A stretch of 63,608 bases of DNA, filler included, from Dimorphilus gyrociliatus (lineage: Eukaryota > Animalia > Annelida), in NCBI GenBank assembly GCA_904063045.1. It is 4 parts of 4 records of this genome, joined end to end, with 100 filler letters (N's around TTAATTAATTAA, not from the genome) between each part and the next. Parts side by side here need not be neighbours in the genome. Positions count along the whole stretch, not along the records: positions 32,887 to 55,648 come from CAJFCJ010000254.1; 3 more parts are not named here. The stretch is one strand, 5' to 3'. Under the pieces are notes generated by a model that was given only the letters and a program-made list of their open reading frames with translations, made no database searches and had not been told where the DNA came from. Made by a program: the position numbers and the translations under genes. Shown here piece after piece: positions 37,722-49,000 of this stretch (the first letter of the stretch is position 1; the number at the start of each line of letters is the position of its first letter).

Positions 37722-37766
37722 TTACAACAATATTTCGCCTCTACTTGAGGCTTCATCAGGTTGTAA
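37722..37766 (-). ncRNA. Minimal type I hammerhead ribozyme of the PLE
   Basis: TTACAAC-CTGATGA-A-GCCTC(AAGTA)GAGGC-GAAA-TA-TT-GTTGTAA. Confidence 0.85.
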
Positions 37767-37869
37767 GTTAAACTGAACACAAACATAAGTATTTATACCA
37801 TCACCACAAAAAATTTATATATAAAAAACATGAAAACAAGATGGCTGCCCTTGCACTAGCGCCACCTAA

Positions 37870-39075
37870 CTACATTTTTCTTTGTTTCTTTGAAGGTACT
37901 ACTTCAAATTCATCACCTGATCTTTTGATTAGGAGTCTTTGTTGTATTCCAATATTGCTATTCTCTTTTGGAGTGCTTTCATATTGATACTCACCATCTT
38001 CCATATCATCATAGTTGTCATCATCTTCTTCCTCCTCAGTCTGTTCCTTGGTAGGGACCATTTCTTTGTCTGGAGTTTGTTGAGCTCCTCTGTCTATAGT
38101 TTGTTGAGCTCCTGGTGTAGAGTTGGAGTCAAGATCCTCAAGGTTAATTGTCACTGGCTCTATTTTGAATTTTTCCACAGTATCCTGTTCTGGAAGTGGG
38201 AAGAACTTGATGAAGCCCCTTCCCTTAATAGGAAGAGCTTTTGACCAGTCCCATTCATTGCTATTTGGAGTTCTTTGTTCAGTTTTCTCTAGTTCCAGTA
38301 GGAGCTCTCTGTTTCTCTTATTGGCTTCCTCTAATTTATTATTAGCTTCCTGTAATTTATTACTAGCTTCCTCCAGCTTACTGGAGCTTGCTTTGATTGT
38401 ACTTTCTAGCTCTACCACTTTGTTCCTAAGGTCTAGATTATCTTTTCGTAGGTTATTCAATGTGGGTCTACTCAGACCCACATAAGAGTATTTATTGTTA
38501 CAGAGAACTGAGTTCTCATATTGCTCATGAGCTAACTCCTTAGGCAGAGGTGTATTAAAATTCTCCAAGAGCTCCAGGGTAACCCCTTGGATACTAACTA
38601 TTGTTGGTCTGGTACTACAAGGGAACTCATTCGGGTTTGTCCCTCTAATGTCTGGGTTACTTTTCTTAAACTTAGCTATTTCTACCCAGTCAGCATTATA
38701 TAGTAATTGCAACAATGTACTCACTTTCTTGACATGGAAGTGTTCTGTCTCTGGTTGGACCATGATAGGAAGGATTCTTATGTTGGTAGTGTTGCAGGTC
38801 CTCATATGAAGAGCCAGAGCTCCAACATTGTCTTTGCTTGTTTTTGATTTTTTTAATGAAAATCCATACATTCTATGTAGTGGAGATATGGTGAAACTAG
38901 CCATAGCCCAGTTGCACTTTTTGCAATCAGCAATGAAGAACAAGTGGTCTGAATTACAATTGAGGTCTCCCTCAATCTTTTTAGTAATACGGCCATCTCT
39001 GGAGCTCCAGGACCCTCCCTGTATTAGGGCTGGGCAAAGTTTGCACTTATTTGTCATGCATCTAGAAGCTGGCAT
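37870..39075 (-). CDS. PLE ORF3 (401 aa): degenerate GIY-YIG-like N-terminus, coiled coil, acidic tract and C-terminal NLS-like motif
   Basis: CxxxxCxxC...NC...CxxC spacing mirrors the RT's EN; KLEEASN/KLQEANN/KLEEANK heptads; EEEDDDNYDD; PSKKQRKM. Confidence 0.85.
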   Translation of the reverse strand: MPASRCMTNKCKLCPALIQGGSWSSRDGRITKKIEGDLNCNSDHLFFIADCKKCNWAMASFTISPLHRMYGFSLKKSKTSKDNVGALALHMRTCNTTNIRILPIMVQPETEHFHVKKVSTLLQLLYNADWVEIAKFKKSNPDIRGTNPNEFPCSTRPTIVSIQGVTLELLENFNTPLPKELAHEQYENSVLCNNKYSYVGLSRPTLNNLRKDNLDLRNKVVELESTIKASSSKLEEASNKLQEANNKLEEANKRNRELLLELEKTEQRTPNSNEWDWSKALPIKGRGFIKFFPLPEQDTVEKFKIEPVTINLEDLDSNSTPGAQQTIDRGAQQTPDKEMVPTKEQTEEEEDDDNYDDMEDGEYQYESTPKENSNIGIQQRLLIKRSGDEFEVVPSKKQRKM

Positions 39076-39488
39076 CTTTAGGAAGTACTTGTTAACACTG
39101 TCAAGTGAAGAGGATGACTGAGGTTCTGCACCAGTATATATAGTGGTATAGTTGAGTACTGTCAGAGGTGTTGAGTACTAAGTTGTAAGAACTGTTGAAG
39201 CTCACTTGAGCTCTTGGAGCTCTATTGAGTTCTTGGAGCTCTACTGAGCTCTTAGAGCTCTTGGAGCTCTACTGAGATCTTAGAGCTCTTGGAGCTCTAC
39301 TGAGCTCTTAGAGCTCTTGGAGCTCTACTGAGTTCTTGGAGCTCTACTGAGCTCTTCAAGGTCTCCTGTGGTATTGGAGCTCAACTGAGCTACTGTAGCT
39401 CCTTGGAGCTCTTGGACCTTATTGTGGCTAACTGTAGCTTTTGGAGTTCATTGTAGCTTGTAGAGCTTGTTGTAGCTGCTGAAATTCA

Positions 39489-41765
39489 TTACAGTTCTTG
39501 GAGTTCACTTTGGCTTTTCTGGAGTAGAATTTTTTCTATGTGTTTTTCCATCATCTCATCAACTTTCTTATTGATAAGCCAGTGTCTGGTAGTAGTTGGG
39601 ATCCTAAAGGCAGTTATTGACTTATACATTTGGAAGTGAGAACTGTTAGGGGCTAGCTGGTGGATTGTTCTCTTGACTTTCTCAGCTATTAGTTGGGCTC
39701 CATTGTGTTGTGGTATGAGGAGTGGTACCATTTCCTTGGTGGTAAAACCTTCATGTTTATTAAGACCATGTGGGAACAGTGTATCCAAATGGTTGATGAT
39801 TTCAGTTTCTTTTCTCATTAACCAAACTATTACTGAGCTCTCTGTGAGTTCCTTAGGAGCTACAGCAGCTATGTAGATCTTGAACTTCTTGATATCATGT
39901 GTTGCCATATGGTTATATAGTGGTCTATCTATCTTGTTTTTGAAGCCCAAATTATGGGTACCCCATCTACACTTGATAGTATCTGTAGTCATACCCACAT
40001 ATGCTAACCCACACATAGAGCATTGTAGGATATAGACACAACCCTTGGTGTTACAGTTAATGCTTTGGGTTAAGCTCCAAGAGTTGACCTGGTATAGGTC
40101 AAATACCTCATCTCTGGAGTCCAGTCTGAGGCAAGTATCACATCTAGTGTTACAACATTTATTGACTTTATACCTCAGTGCCTTTTTTTCTTCAGCTCTG
40201 GTGTTGAATTTTTTAATGGTGTCCCTCCCCATTCTCCAGGTGTAGCCATTGACTTTATTGATTCTAATGAGATCTTTGAACTGTGAGATAGCCATTTTGG
40301 GATCTTTGCAGTTTCTCATATATCTAGTTAGCTGGCTCATTAGGATACCTCTGAATGTGTGTGGTGGATGATTGGATTTGGTGTGTAGCAGTATTCTGGA
40401 GTCAGTAGCCTTAAAATGGGTTTCCCAGGAAAGAGAGTTCCCTAGTATATGTAGGTCCAGGTCCAGAAAAGTACTTGATTTAGGGTTCTGGGACCAAGTG
40501 AGCTTGATATCTGGATTTCTGTTGTTTAGTCTTGTCTTGAACTCCATGATGTCCCTGTCTGGTTTAGTGACCAAAATGATATCATCAATGTACCTGCCAT
40601 AGTACTCAATGTCCTCTGTAAAATCTGTGACCAATTCGTGTTCCCAGGTGTGTAACACTATGTTTGCATATGCTGGACTAAATGGAGCTCCCATAGCTGT
40701 GCCCTTTATTTGCAGGAACCTGTGGTTCCCAAAGGTGAAATCATTGTTGTTGAGACAAATCCAAAGGAGTTCCAAGATTAGTTCATCAGGTCTACCTTCA
40801 TGGTAGTGGGTTAACATGAACTCTTTAACAGCTTTTATGCCCCATTGAGGGTTAATGCTTGGGTATAGAGCTTCTACATCTGCTGTGAAGATCCCTCTGT
40901 TTTGCCAATTATGTATCATAGATAGTTTGCCAATGCAATGTTGGGTGTTTTTAACATAGCTAGTGGTACTTTTTGCCATTTTGACCAGATAGTGATCAAC
41001 AAATTTAGATATTTTATATAGATCAGAGCCTACATAGCTCACCACTGGTCTCCCCTTGGGGATCCTATATGGTACTCTCCATTGGGAGCTGTGTTTATGA
41101 ATTTTAGGTAGGAGGTAAAACTTTCTATCTCCTGGGCTATTCTGTGGAGCCATCAGAGTTGCTGTAGATTTGGTAATAATTTTCATTGTAACCAATTCAT
41201 TAAGGATTTCATTTAACCGGGTCCATTGGGTAGAGCTTATTTTATTGCTGACCTGTTTGTAGGTTGTTCTGTCACAGAGCTGTGTCATGGCTTCAAAGAC
41301 ATAGTCCTCTTTGTCCATTAAGACAATCCTTCTTCCTTTATCAGCTGGTTTAATGATAATGTTAGGATGATTGTTGAGGAAGTTTTTCATTAGGCCTTGA
41401 TTTTCAAAACCCTTCTGGGCTCTATTAATTTTTTCAGAGCCCTTTATAATGTTATATATCCTGTCTGTGATATGGTTAATTTCTGGAATATGACTAGAGG
41501 GCATGTAATTTAACTCCCTCATTAGTTCAGGTAGAGATGGTGCTTGTATGTCAAGAAGTTTTTTCTTTAGTGGATTATTTCGAAATCTTGGTGTACCATT
41601 TTTCTCAATGATCTTTAGCCATTTTAATGTATAATCCAAGATCCCTGTGAAGTGCAAGTTTATAAATTTGTTTGGGGCCCAAGTCCAGGCAAAGCCTAGA
41701 CCTTGTGCCATAGTGTTCAGGCAAGAACTCTTGATGTTAGAGTTCCTACATAGGTTAAAAACCAT
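39489..41765 (-). CDS. PLE RT-GIY-YIG, second copy
   Basis: Translation identical to 34230-36506. Confidence 0.97.
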   Translation of the reverse strand: MVFNLCRNSNIKSSCLNTMAQGLGFAWTWAPNKFINLHFTGILDYTLKWLKIIEKNGTPRFRNNPLKKKLLDIQAPSLPELMRELNYMPSSHIPEINHITDRIYNIIKGSEKINRAQKGFENQGLMKNFLNNHPNIIIKPADKGRRIVLMDKEDYVFEAMTQLCDRTTYKQVSNKISSTQWTRLNEILNELVTMKIITKSTATLMAPQNSPGDRKFYLLPKIHKHSSQWRVPYRIPKGRPVVSYVGSDLYKISKFVDHYLVKMAKSTTSYVKNTQHCIGKLSMIHNWQNRGIFTADVEALYPSINPQWGIKAVKEFMLTHYHEGRPDELILELLWICLNNNDFTFGNHRFLQIKGTAMGAPFSPAYANIVLHTWEHELVTDFTEDIEYYGRYIDDIILVTKPDRDIMEFKTRLNNRNPDIKLTWSQNPKSSTFLDLDLHILGNSLSWETHFKATDSRILLHTKSNHPPHTFRGILMSQLTRYMRNCKDPKMAISQFKDLIRINKVNGYTWRMGRDTIKKFNTRAEEKKALRYKVNKCCNTRCDTCLRLDSRDEVFDLYQVNSWSLTQSINCNTKGCVYILQCSMCGLAYVGMTTDTIKCRWGTHNLGFKNKIDRPLYNHMATHDIKKFKIYIAAVAPKELTESSVIVWLMRKETEIINHLDTLFPHGLNKHEGFTTKEMVPLLIPQHNGAQLIAEKVKRTIHQLAPNSSHFQMYKSITAFRIPTTTRHWLINKKVDEMMEKHIEKILLQKSQSELQEL

Positions 41766-41836
41766 ACTTGGTTCTGTTTTATTGATAAAAACATGTTTAA
41801 AAACATTATAATTGTTATGCTGTTGTGCTTGAAGAG

Positions 41837-42033
41837 TTAGGAGTTTCCCTGGTCCATAGTCTCCTCATCAGCACTCATTTTCTCTGTAATTCCTTTAAAT
41901 AAGACAGTCATGATTGCCAATTCCTTTCTTAGTTCTGAGATTTCATCCTTAGAGTTCTTGTAAGGTTCTTTGTGTCTGGTTTTGTCTGCTGGTTTCTTGG
42001 ATCTCTGTATGGTAGGGAGCTCTTTGAAATTTT
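41837..42033 (-). pseudogene. 5'-truncated ORF1 fused to the telomere
   Basis: Matches 36578-36774, then switches to TTAGG(G)n. Confidence 0.9.
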
Positions 42034-42640
42034 AGGTTAGGGGTTAGGGTTAGGTTAGGGTTAGGGTTAGGTTAGGGTTAGGGTTAGGTTTAGGGTTAGG
42101 GTTAGGGTTAGGGTTAGGTTAGGGTTAGGGTTAGGGTTAGGGTTAGGGTTAGGTTAGGTTAGGGTTAGGGTTAGGGTTAGGGTTAGGTTAGGTTAGGTTA
42201 GGGTTAGGTTAGGTTAGGGTTAGGGTTAGGGTTAGGTTAGGGTTAGGGTTAGGGTTAGGGTTAGGTTAGGGTTAGGGTTAGGGTTAGGTTAGGGTTAGGG
42301 TTAGGTTAGGGTTAGGTTAGGGTTAGGGTTAGGGTTAGGTTAGGGTTAGGTTAGGGTTAGGGTTAGGGTTAGGGTTAGGGTTAGGTTAGGGTTAGGGTTA
42401 GGGTTAGGGTTAGGTTAGGGTTAGGGTTAGGGTTAGGGTTAGGGTTAGGGTTAGGGTTAGGGTTTAGGTTAGGGTTAGGTTAGGGTTAGGGTTAGGGTTA
42501 GGGTTAGGGTTAGGGTTAGGGTTAGGGTTAGGGTTAGGGTTAGGGTTAGGTTAGGTTAGGGTTAGGTTAGGGTTAGGGTTAGGTTAGGGTTAGGTTAGGG
42601 TTAGGGTTAGGTTAGGGTTAGGGTTAGGGTTAGGGTTAGG
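42032..42640 (+). repeat. Telomeric repeat tract, (TTAGGG)n mixed with TTAGG
   Basis: About 610 bp running into the gap. Confidence 0.97.
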
Positions 42641-43307
42641 NNNNNNNNNNNNNNNNNNNNNNNNNNNNNNNNNNNNNNNNNNNNNNNNNNNNNNNNNNNN
42701 NNNNNNNNNNNNNNNNNNNNNNNNNNNNNNNNNNNNNNNNNNNNNNNNNNNNNNNNNNNNNNNNNNNNNNNNNNNNNNNNNNNNNNNNNNNNNNNNNNNN
42801 NNNNNNNNNNNNNNNNNNNNNNNNNNNNNNNNNNNNNNNNNNNNNNNNNNNNNNNNNNNNNNNNNNNNNNNNNNNNNNNNNNNNNNNNNNNNNNNNNNNN
42901 NNNNNNNNNNNNNNNNNNNNNNNNNNNNNNNNNNNNNNNNNNNNNNNNNNNNNNNNNNNNNNNNNNNNNNNNNNNNNNNNNNNNNNNNNNNNNNNNNNNN
43001 NNNNNNNNNNNNNNNNNNNNNNNNNNNNNNNNNNNNNNNNNNNNNNNNNNNNNNNNNNNNNNNNNNNNNNNNNNNNNNNNNNNNNNNNNNNNNNNNNNNN
43101 NNNNNNNNNNNNNNNNNNNNNNNNNNNNNNNNNNNNNNNNNNNNNNNNNNNNNNNNNNNNNNNNNNNNNNNNNNNNNNNNNNNNNNNNNNNNNNNNNNNN
43201 NNNNNNNNNNNNNNNNNNNNNNNNNNNNNNNNNNNNNNNNNNNNNNNNNNNNNNNNNNNNNNNNNNNNNNNNNNNNNNNNNNNNNNNNNNNNNNNNNNNN
43301 NNNNNNG
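42641..43307. other. Scaffold gap
   Basis: N-run without the linker. Confidence 0.95.
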
Positions 43308-46044
43308 ATATCAAGCTCACTTGGTCCCAGAACCCTAAATCAAGTACTTTTCTGGACCTGGACCTACATATACTAGGGAACTCTTTTCCTGGGAAACCAT
43401 TTTAAGGCTACTGACTCCAGAATACTGCTACACACCAAATCCAATCATCCACCACACACATTCAGAGGTATCCTAATGAGCCAGCTAACTAGATATATGA
43501 GAAACTGCAAAGATCCCAAATGGCTATCTCACAGTTCAAAGATCTCATTAGAATCAATAAAGTCAATGGCTACACCTGGAGAATGGGGAGGGACACCATT
43601 AAAAAATTCAACACCAGAGCTGAAGAAAAAAGGCACTGAGGTATAAAGTCAATAAATGTTGTAACACTAGATGTGATACTTGCCTCAGACTGGACTCCAG
43701 AGATGAGGTATTTGACCTATACCAGGTCAACTCTTGGAGCTTAACCCAAAGCATTAACTGTAACACCAAGGGTTGTGTCTATATCCTACAATGCTCTATG
43801 TGTGGGTTAGCATATGTGGGTATGACTACAGATACTATCAAGTGTAGATGGGGTACCCATAATTTGGGCTTCAAAAACAAGATAGATAGACCACTATATA
43901 ACCATATGGCAACACATGATATCAAGAAGTTCAAGATCTACATAGCTGCTGTAGCTCCTAAGGAACTCACAGAGAGCTCAGTAATAGTTTGGTTAATGAG
44001 AAAAGAAACTGAAATCATCAACCATTTGGATACACTGTTCCCACATGGTCTTAATAAACATGAAGGTTTTACCACCAAGGAAATGGTACCACTCCTCATA
44101 CCACAACACAATGGAGCCCAACTAATAGCTGAGAAAGTCAAGAGAACAATCCACCAGCTAGCCCCTAACAGTTCTCACTTCCAAATGTATAAGTCAATAA
44201 CTGCCTTTAGGATCCCAACTACTACCAGACACTGGCTTATCAATAAGAAAGTTGATGAGATGATGGAAAAACACATAGAAAAAATTCTACTCCAGAAAAG
44301 CCAAAGTGAACTCCAAGAACTGTAATGAATTTCAGCAGCTACAACAAGCTCTACAAGCTACAATGAACTCCAAAAGCTACAGTTAGCCACAATAAGGTCC
44401 AAGAGCTCCAAGGAGCTACAGTAGCTCAGTTGAGCTCCAATACCACAGGAGACCTTGAAGAGCTCAGTAGAGCTCCAAGAACTCAGTAGAGCTCCAAGAG
44501 CTCTAAGAGCTCAGTAGAGCTCCAAGAGCTCTAAGATCTCAGTAGAGCTCCAAGAGCTCTAAGAGCTCAGTAGAGCTCCAAGAACTCAATAGAGCTCCAA
44601 GAGCTCAAGTGAGCTTCAACAGTTCTTACAACTTAGTACTCAACACCTCTGACAGTACTCAACTATACCACTATATATACTGGTGCAGAACCTCAGTCAT
44701 CCTCTTCACTTGACAGTGTTAACAAGTACTTCCTAAAGATGCCAGCTTCTAGATGCATGACAAATAAGTGCAAACTTTGCCCAGCCCTAATACAGGGAGG
44801 GTCCTGGAGCTCCAGAGATGGCCGTATTACTAAAAAGATTGAGGGAGACCTCAATTGTAATTCAGACCACTTGTTCTTCATTGCTGATTGCAAAAAGTGC
44901 AACTGGGCTATGGCTAGTTTCACCATATCTCCACTACATAGAATGTATGGATTTTCATTAAAAAAATCAAAAACAAGCAAAGACAATGTTGGAGCTCTGG
45001 CTCTTCATATGAGGACCTGCAACACTACCAACATAAGAATCCTTCCTATCATGGTCCAACCAGAGACAGAACACTTCCATGTCAAGAAAGTGAGTACATT
45101 GTTGCAATTACTATATAATGCTGACTGGGTAGAAATAGCTAAGTTTAAGAAAAGTAACCCAGACATTAGAGGGACAAACCCGAATGAGTTCCCTTGTAGT
45201 ACCAGACCAACAATAGTTAGTATCCAAGGGGTTACCCTGGAGCTCTTGGAGAATTTTAATACACCTCTGGCCTAAGGAGTTAGCTCATGAGCAATATGAG
45301 AACTCAGTTCTCTGTAACAATAAATACTCTTATGTGGGTTGAGTAGACCACATTGGAATAACCTACCGAAAAGATAATCTAGACCTTAGGAACAAAGTGG
45401 TAGAGCTAGAAAGTACAATCAAAGCAAGCTCCAGTAAGCTGGAGGAAGCTAGTAATAAATTACAGGAAGCTAATAATAAATTAGAGGAAGCCAATAAGAG
45501 AAACAGAGAGCTCCTACTGGAACTAGAGAAACTGAACAAAGAACTCCAAATAGCAATGAATGGGACTGGTCAAAAGCTCTTCCTATTAAGGGAAGGGGCT
45601 TCATCAGTTCTTCCCACTTCCAGAACAGGATACTGTGGAAAAATTCAAAATAGAGCCAGTGACAATTAACCTTGAGGATCTTGATCCCAACCTACACCAG
45701 GAGCTCAACAAACTATAGACAGAGGAGCTCAACAAACTCCAGACAAAGAAATGGTCCCTACCAAGGAACAGACTGAGGAGGAAGAAGATGATGACACTAT
45801 GATGATATGGAAGATGGTGAGTATCAATATGAAAGACTCCAAAAGAGAATAGCAATATTGGAATCAACAAAGACTCCTAATCAAAAGATCAGGTGATGAA
45901 TTTGAAGTAGTACCTTCAAAGAAACAAAGAAAATGTAGTTAGGGTGGCGCTAGTGCAAGGGCAGCCATCTTGTTTTCCATGTTTTTTATATATAAATTTT
46001 TTGTGGTGATGGTATAAATACTTATGTTTGTGTTCAGTTTTAAC

Positions 46045-46089
46045 TTACAACCTGATGAAGCCTCAAGTAGAGGCGAAATATTGTTGTAA
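46045..46089 (+). ncRNA. PLE hammerhead ribozyme copy
   Basis: Same motif as 37722-37766. Confidence 0.85.
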
Positions 46090-49000
46090 TATGTTTTAAA
46101 GTTTAAAAAAAAAGTTGATGAAAAAGAAAAAATTTAATTGTTATTGAATAAGACTAAGAGTTTGACAGAGACTGAAGCACAAAGGAGCTCAGACATAGAG
46201 AACTCCTACCTATTGGAAATTGGTAGAACCCTGGAACACCAACTAACCAGTTCCCAAAACCTGACTAAGACTGGGAGCCCAGATCTTATAATCCTGACCA
46301 AGGAGAACCCTACCTAACATTGAGTAAAAGTTAGGTATTACACTGGAACACTAGCTAACCAGTTCCAAAAACATTACCAGAGTTGTGTGAGTGGCCTAAC
46401 CCATAACCCTTACCAAACCTAACCTACCCAGTACAGACTTTGCAATGGACCCTAAACAAAACCAAGCTCCTAGAAGAACAAAAAAAACAGGAAGAAAGAC
46501 ACCCTAGCTCCAGAGCTCCAGACAAACCCAGATGGGTACAAGTCACAAAGAGCCAGACTGGCACCTGATGCAAATGGTTTTAAAGGTTCTCTAAGTGACA
46601 AGGAAAAAGCCCTGACTAGAGTATGAGTAAAACTTCAGTTCTATTCACCAGATTGAGAGACTTAAGGAATATAACCTTGGACCAAAAGGCCATGGATATG
46701 ATGGACTCAATTAGAATCACAGGAGGTCCCATTACTGGGGAAGACTCAACCAACTACATGAATAGCCAATACTTGTGCTAGAGAAACAAATAGAGTGGTG
46801 CTGGAGGAGCTCAATGAGAGGCTCTCTAAAATGAGGGACAAGATAAAAATGATCAGCAAAATTACAATCAATCAGAGGTTAAGAAAGCTATTGAAGTAGC
46901 TAAAACCAGATCGATACAAAATATGGCAAAAGATTAATTGGGCCCACTTAAAGAAGTGTATACTTGGTTACCAAAATCTAAAAGCTCCCTTAGATGACTC
47001 TTTCAATAGAGAGCTCCATGAAAATTTCAAAGAGCTCCCTACCATACAGAGATCCAAGAAACCAGCAGACAAAACCAGACACAAAGAACCTTACAAGAAC
47101 TCTAAGGATGAAATCTCAGAACTAAGAAAGGAATTGGCAATCATGACTGTCTTATTTAAAGGAATTACAGAGAAAATGAGTGCTGATGAGGAGACTATGG
47201 ACCAGGGAAACTCCTAACTCTTCAAGCACAACAGCATAACAATTATAATGTTTTAAACATGTTTTTATCAATAAAACAGAACCAAGTATGGTTTTTAACC
47301 TATGTAGGAACTCTAACATCAAGAGTTCTTGCCTGAACACTATGGCACAAGGTCTAGGCTTTGCCTGGACTTGGGCCCCAAACAAATTTATAAACTTGCA
47401 CTTCACAGGGATCTTGGATTATACATTAAAATGGCTAAAGATCATTGAGAAAATGGTACACCAAATTTCGAAATAATCCACTAAGAAAAACTTCTTGACA
47501 TACAAGCACCATCTCTACCTGAACTAATGAGGGAGTTAAATTACATGCCCTCTAGTCATATTCCAGAAATTAACCATATCACAGACAGGATATATAACAT
47601 TATAAAGGGCTCTGAAAAAATTAATAGAGCCCAGAAGGGTTTTGAAAATCAAGGCCTAATGAAAAACTTCCTCAACAATCATCCTAACATTATCATTAAA
47701 CCAGCTGATAAGGAAGAAGGATTGTCTTAATGGACAAGAGGACTATGTCTTTGAAGCCATGACACAGCTCTGTGACAGAACAACCTACAAACAGGTCAGC
47801 AATAAAATAAGCTCTACCCAATGGACCCGGTTAAATGAAATCCTTAATGAATTGGTTACAATGAAAATTATTACCAAATCTACAGCAACTCTGATGGCTC
47901 CACAGAATAGCCCAGGAGATAGAAAGTTTTACCTCCTACCTAAAATTCATAAACACAGCTCCCAATGGAGAGTACCATATAGGATCCCCAAGGGGAGACC
48001 AGTGGTGAGCTATGTAGGCTCTGATCTATATAAAATATCTAAATTTGTTGATCACTATCTGGTCAAAATGGCAAAAAGTACCACTAGCTATGTTAAAAAC
48101 ACCCAACATTGCATTGGCAAACTATCTATGATACATAATTGGCAAAACAGAGGGATCTTCACAGCAGATGTAGAAGCTCTATACCCAAGCATTAACCCTC
48201 AATGGGGCATAAAAGCTGTTAAAGAGTTCATGTTAACCCACTACCATGAAGGTAGACCTGATGAACTAATCTTGGAACTCCTTTGGATTTGTCTCAACAA
48301 CAATGATTTCACCTTTGGGAACCACAGGTTCCTGCAAATAAAGGGCACAGCTATGGGAGCTCCATTTAGTCCAGCATATGCAAACATAGTGTTACACACC
48401 TGGGAACACGAATTGGTCACAGATTTTACAGAGGACATTGAGTACTATGGCAGGTACATTGATGATATCATTTTGGTCACTAAACCAGACAGGGACATCA
48501 TGGAGTTCAAGACAAGACTAAACAACAGAAATCCAGATATCAAGCTCACTTGGTCCCAGAACCCTAAATCAAGTACTTTTCTGGACCTGGACCTACATAT
48601 ACTAGGGAACTCTCTTTCCTGGGAAACCCATTTTAAGGCTACTGACTCCAGAATACTGCTACACACCAAATCCAATCATCCACCACACACATTCAGAGGT
48701 ATCCTAATGAGCCAGCTAACTAGATATATGAAACTGCAAAGATCCCAAAATGGCTATCTCACAGTTCAAAGATCTCATTAGAATCAATAAAGTCAATGGC
48801 TACACCTGGAGAATGGGAGGGACACCATTAAAAAATTCAACACCAGAGCTGAAGAAAAAAGGCACTGAGGTATAAAGTCAATAAATGTTGTAACACTAGA
48901 TGTATACTTGCCTCAGACTGGACTCCAGAGATGAGGTATTGACCTATACCAGGTCAACTCTTGGAGCTTAACCCAAAGCATTAACTGTAACACCAAGGGT

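Larger units (their letters stand above)
32887..42033 (-). mobile_element. Head-to-tail array of a 5,259-bp Penelope-like retroelement (~1.7 units), 5'-truncated at the telomere
   Basis: Identical 758-aa RT ORFs at 34230 and 39489; sense order ORF1 > RT-EN > repeats > ORF3 > hammerhead > telomere-like tail. Confidence 0.95.

Noticed and set aside
32999-40806. Short antisense ORFs recurring across the PLE
   Set aside because: Shadows of the real ORFs; they recur only because the unit is repeated.
42607-43320. 237-aa ORF ending LTLTLT
   Set aside because: Artefact of the N-gap plus the telomere.
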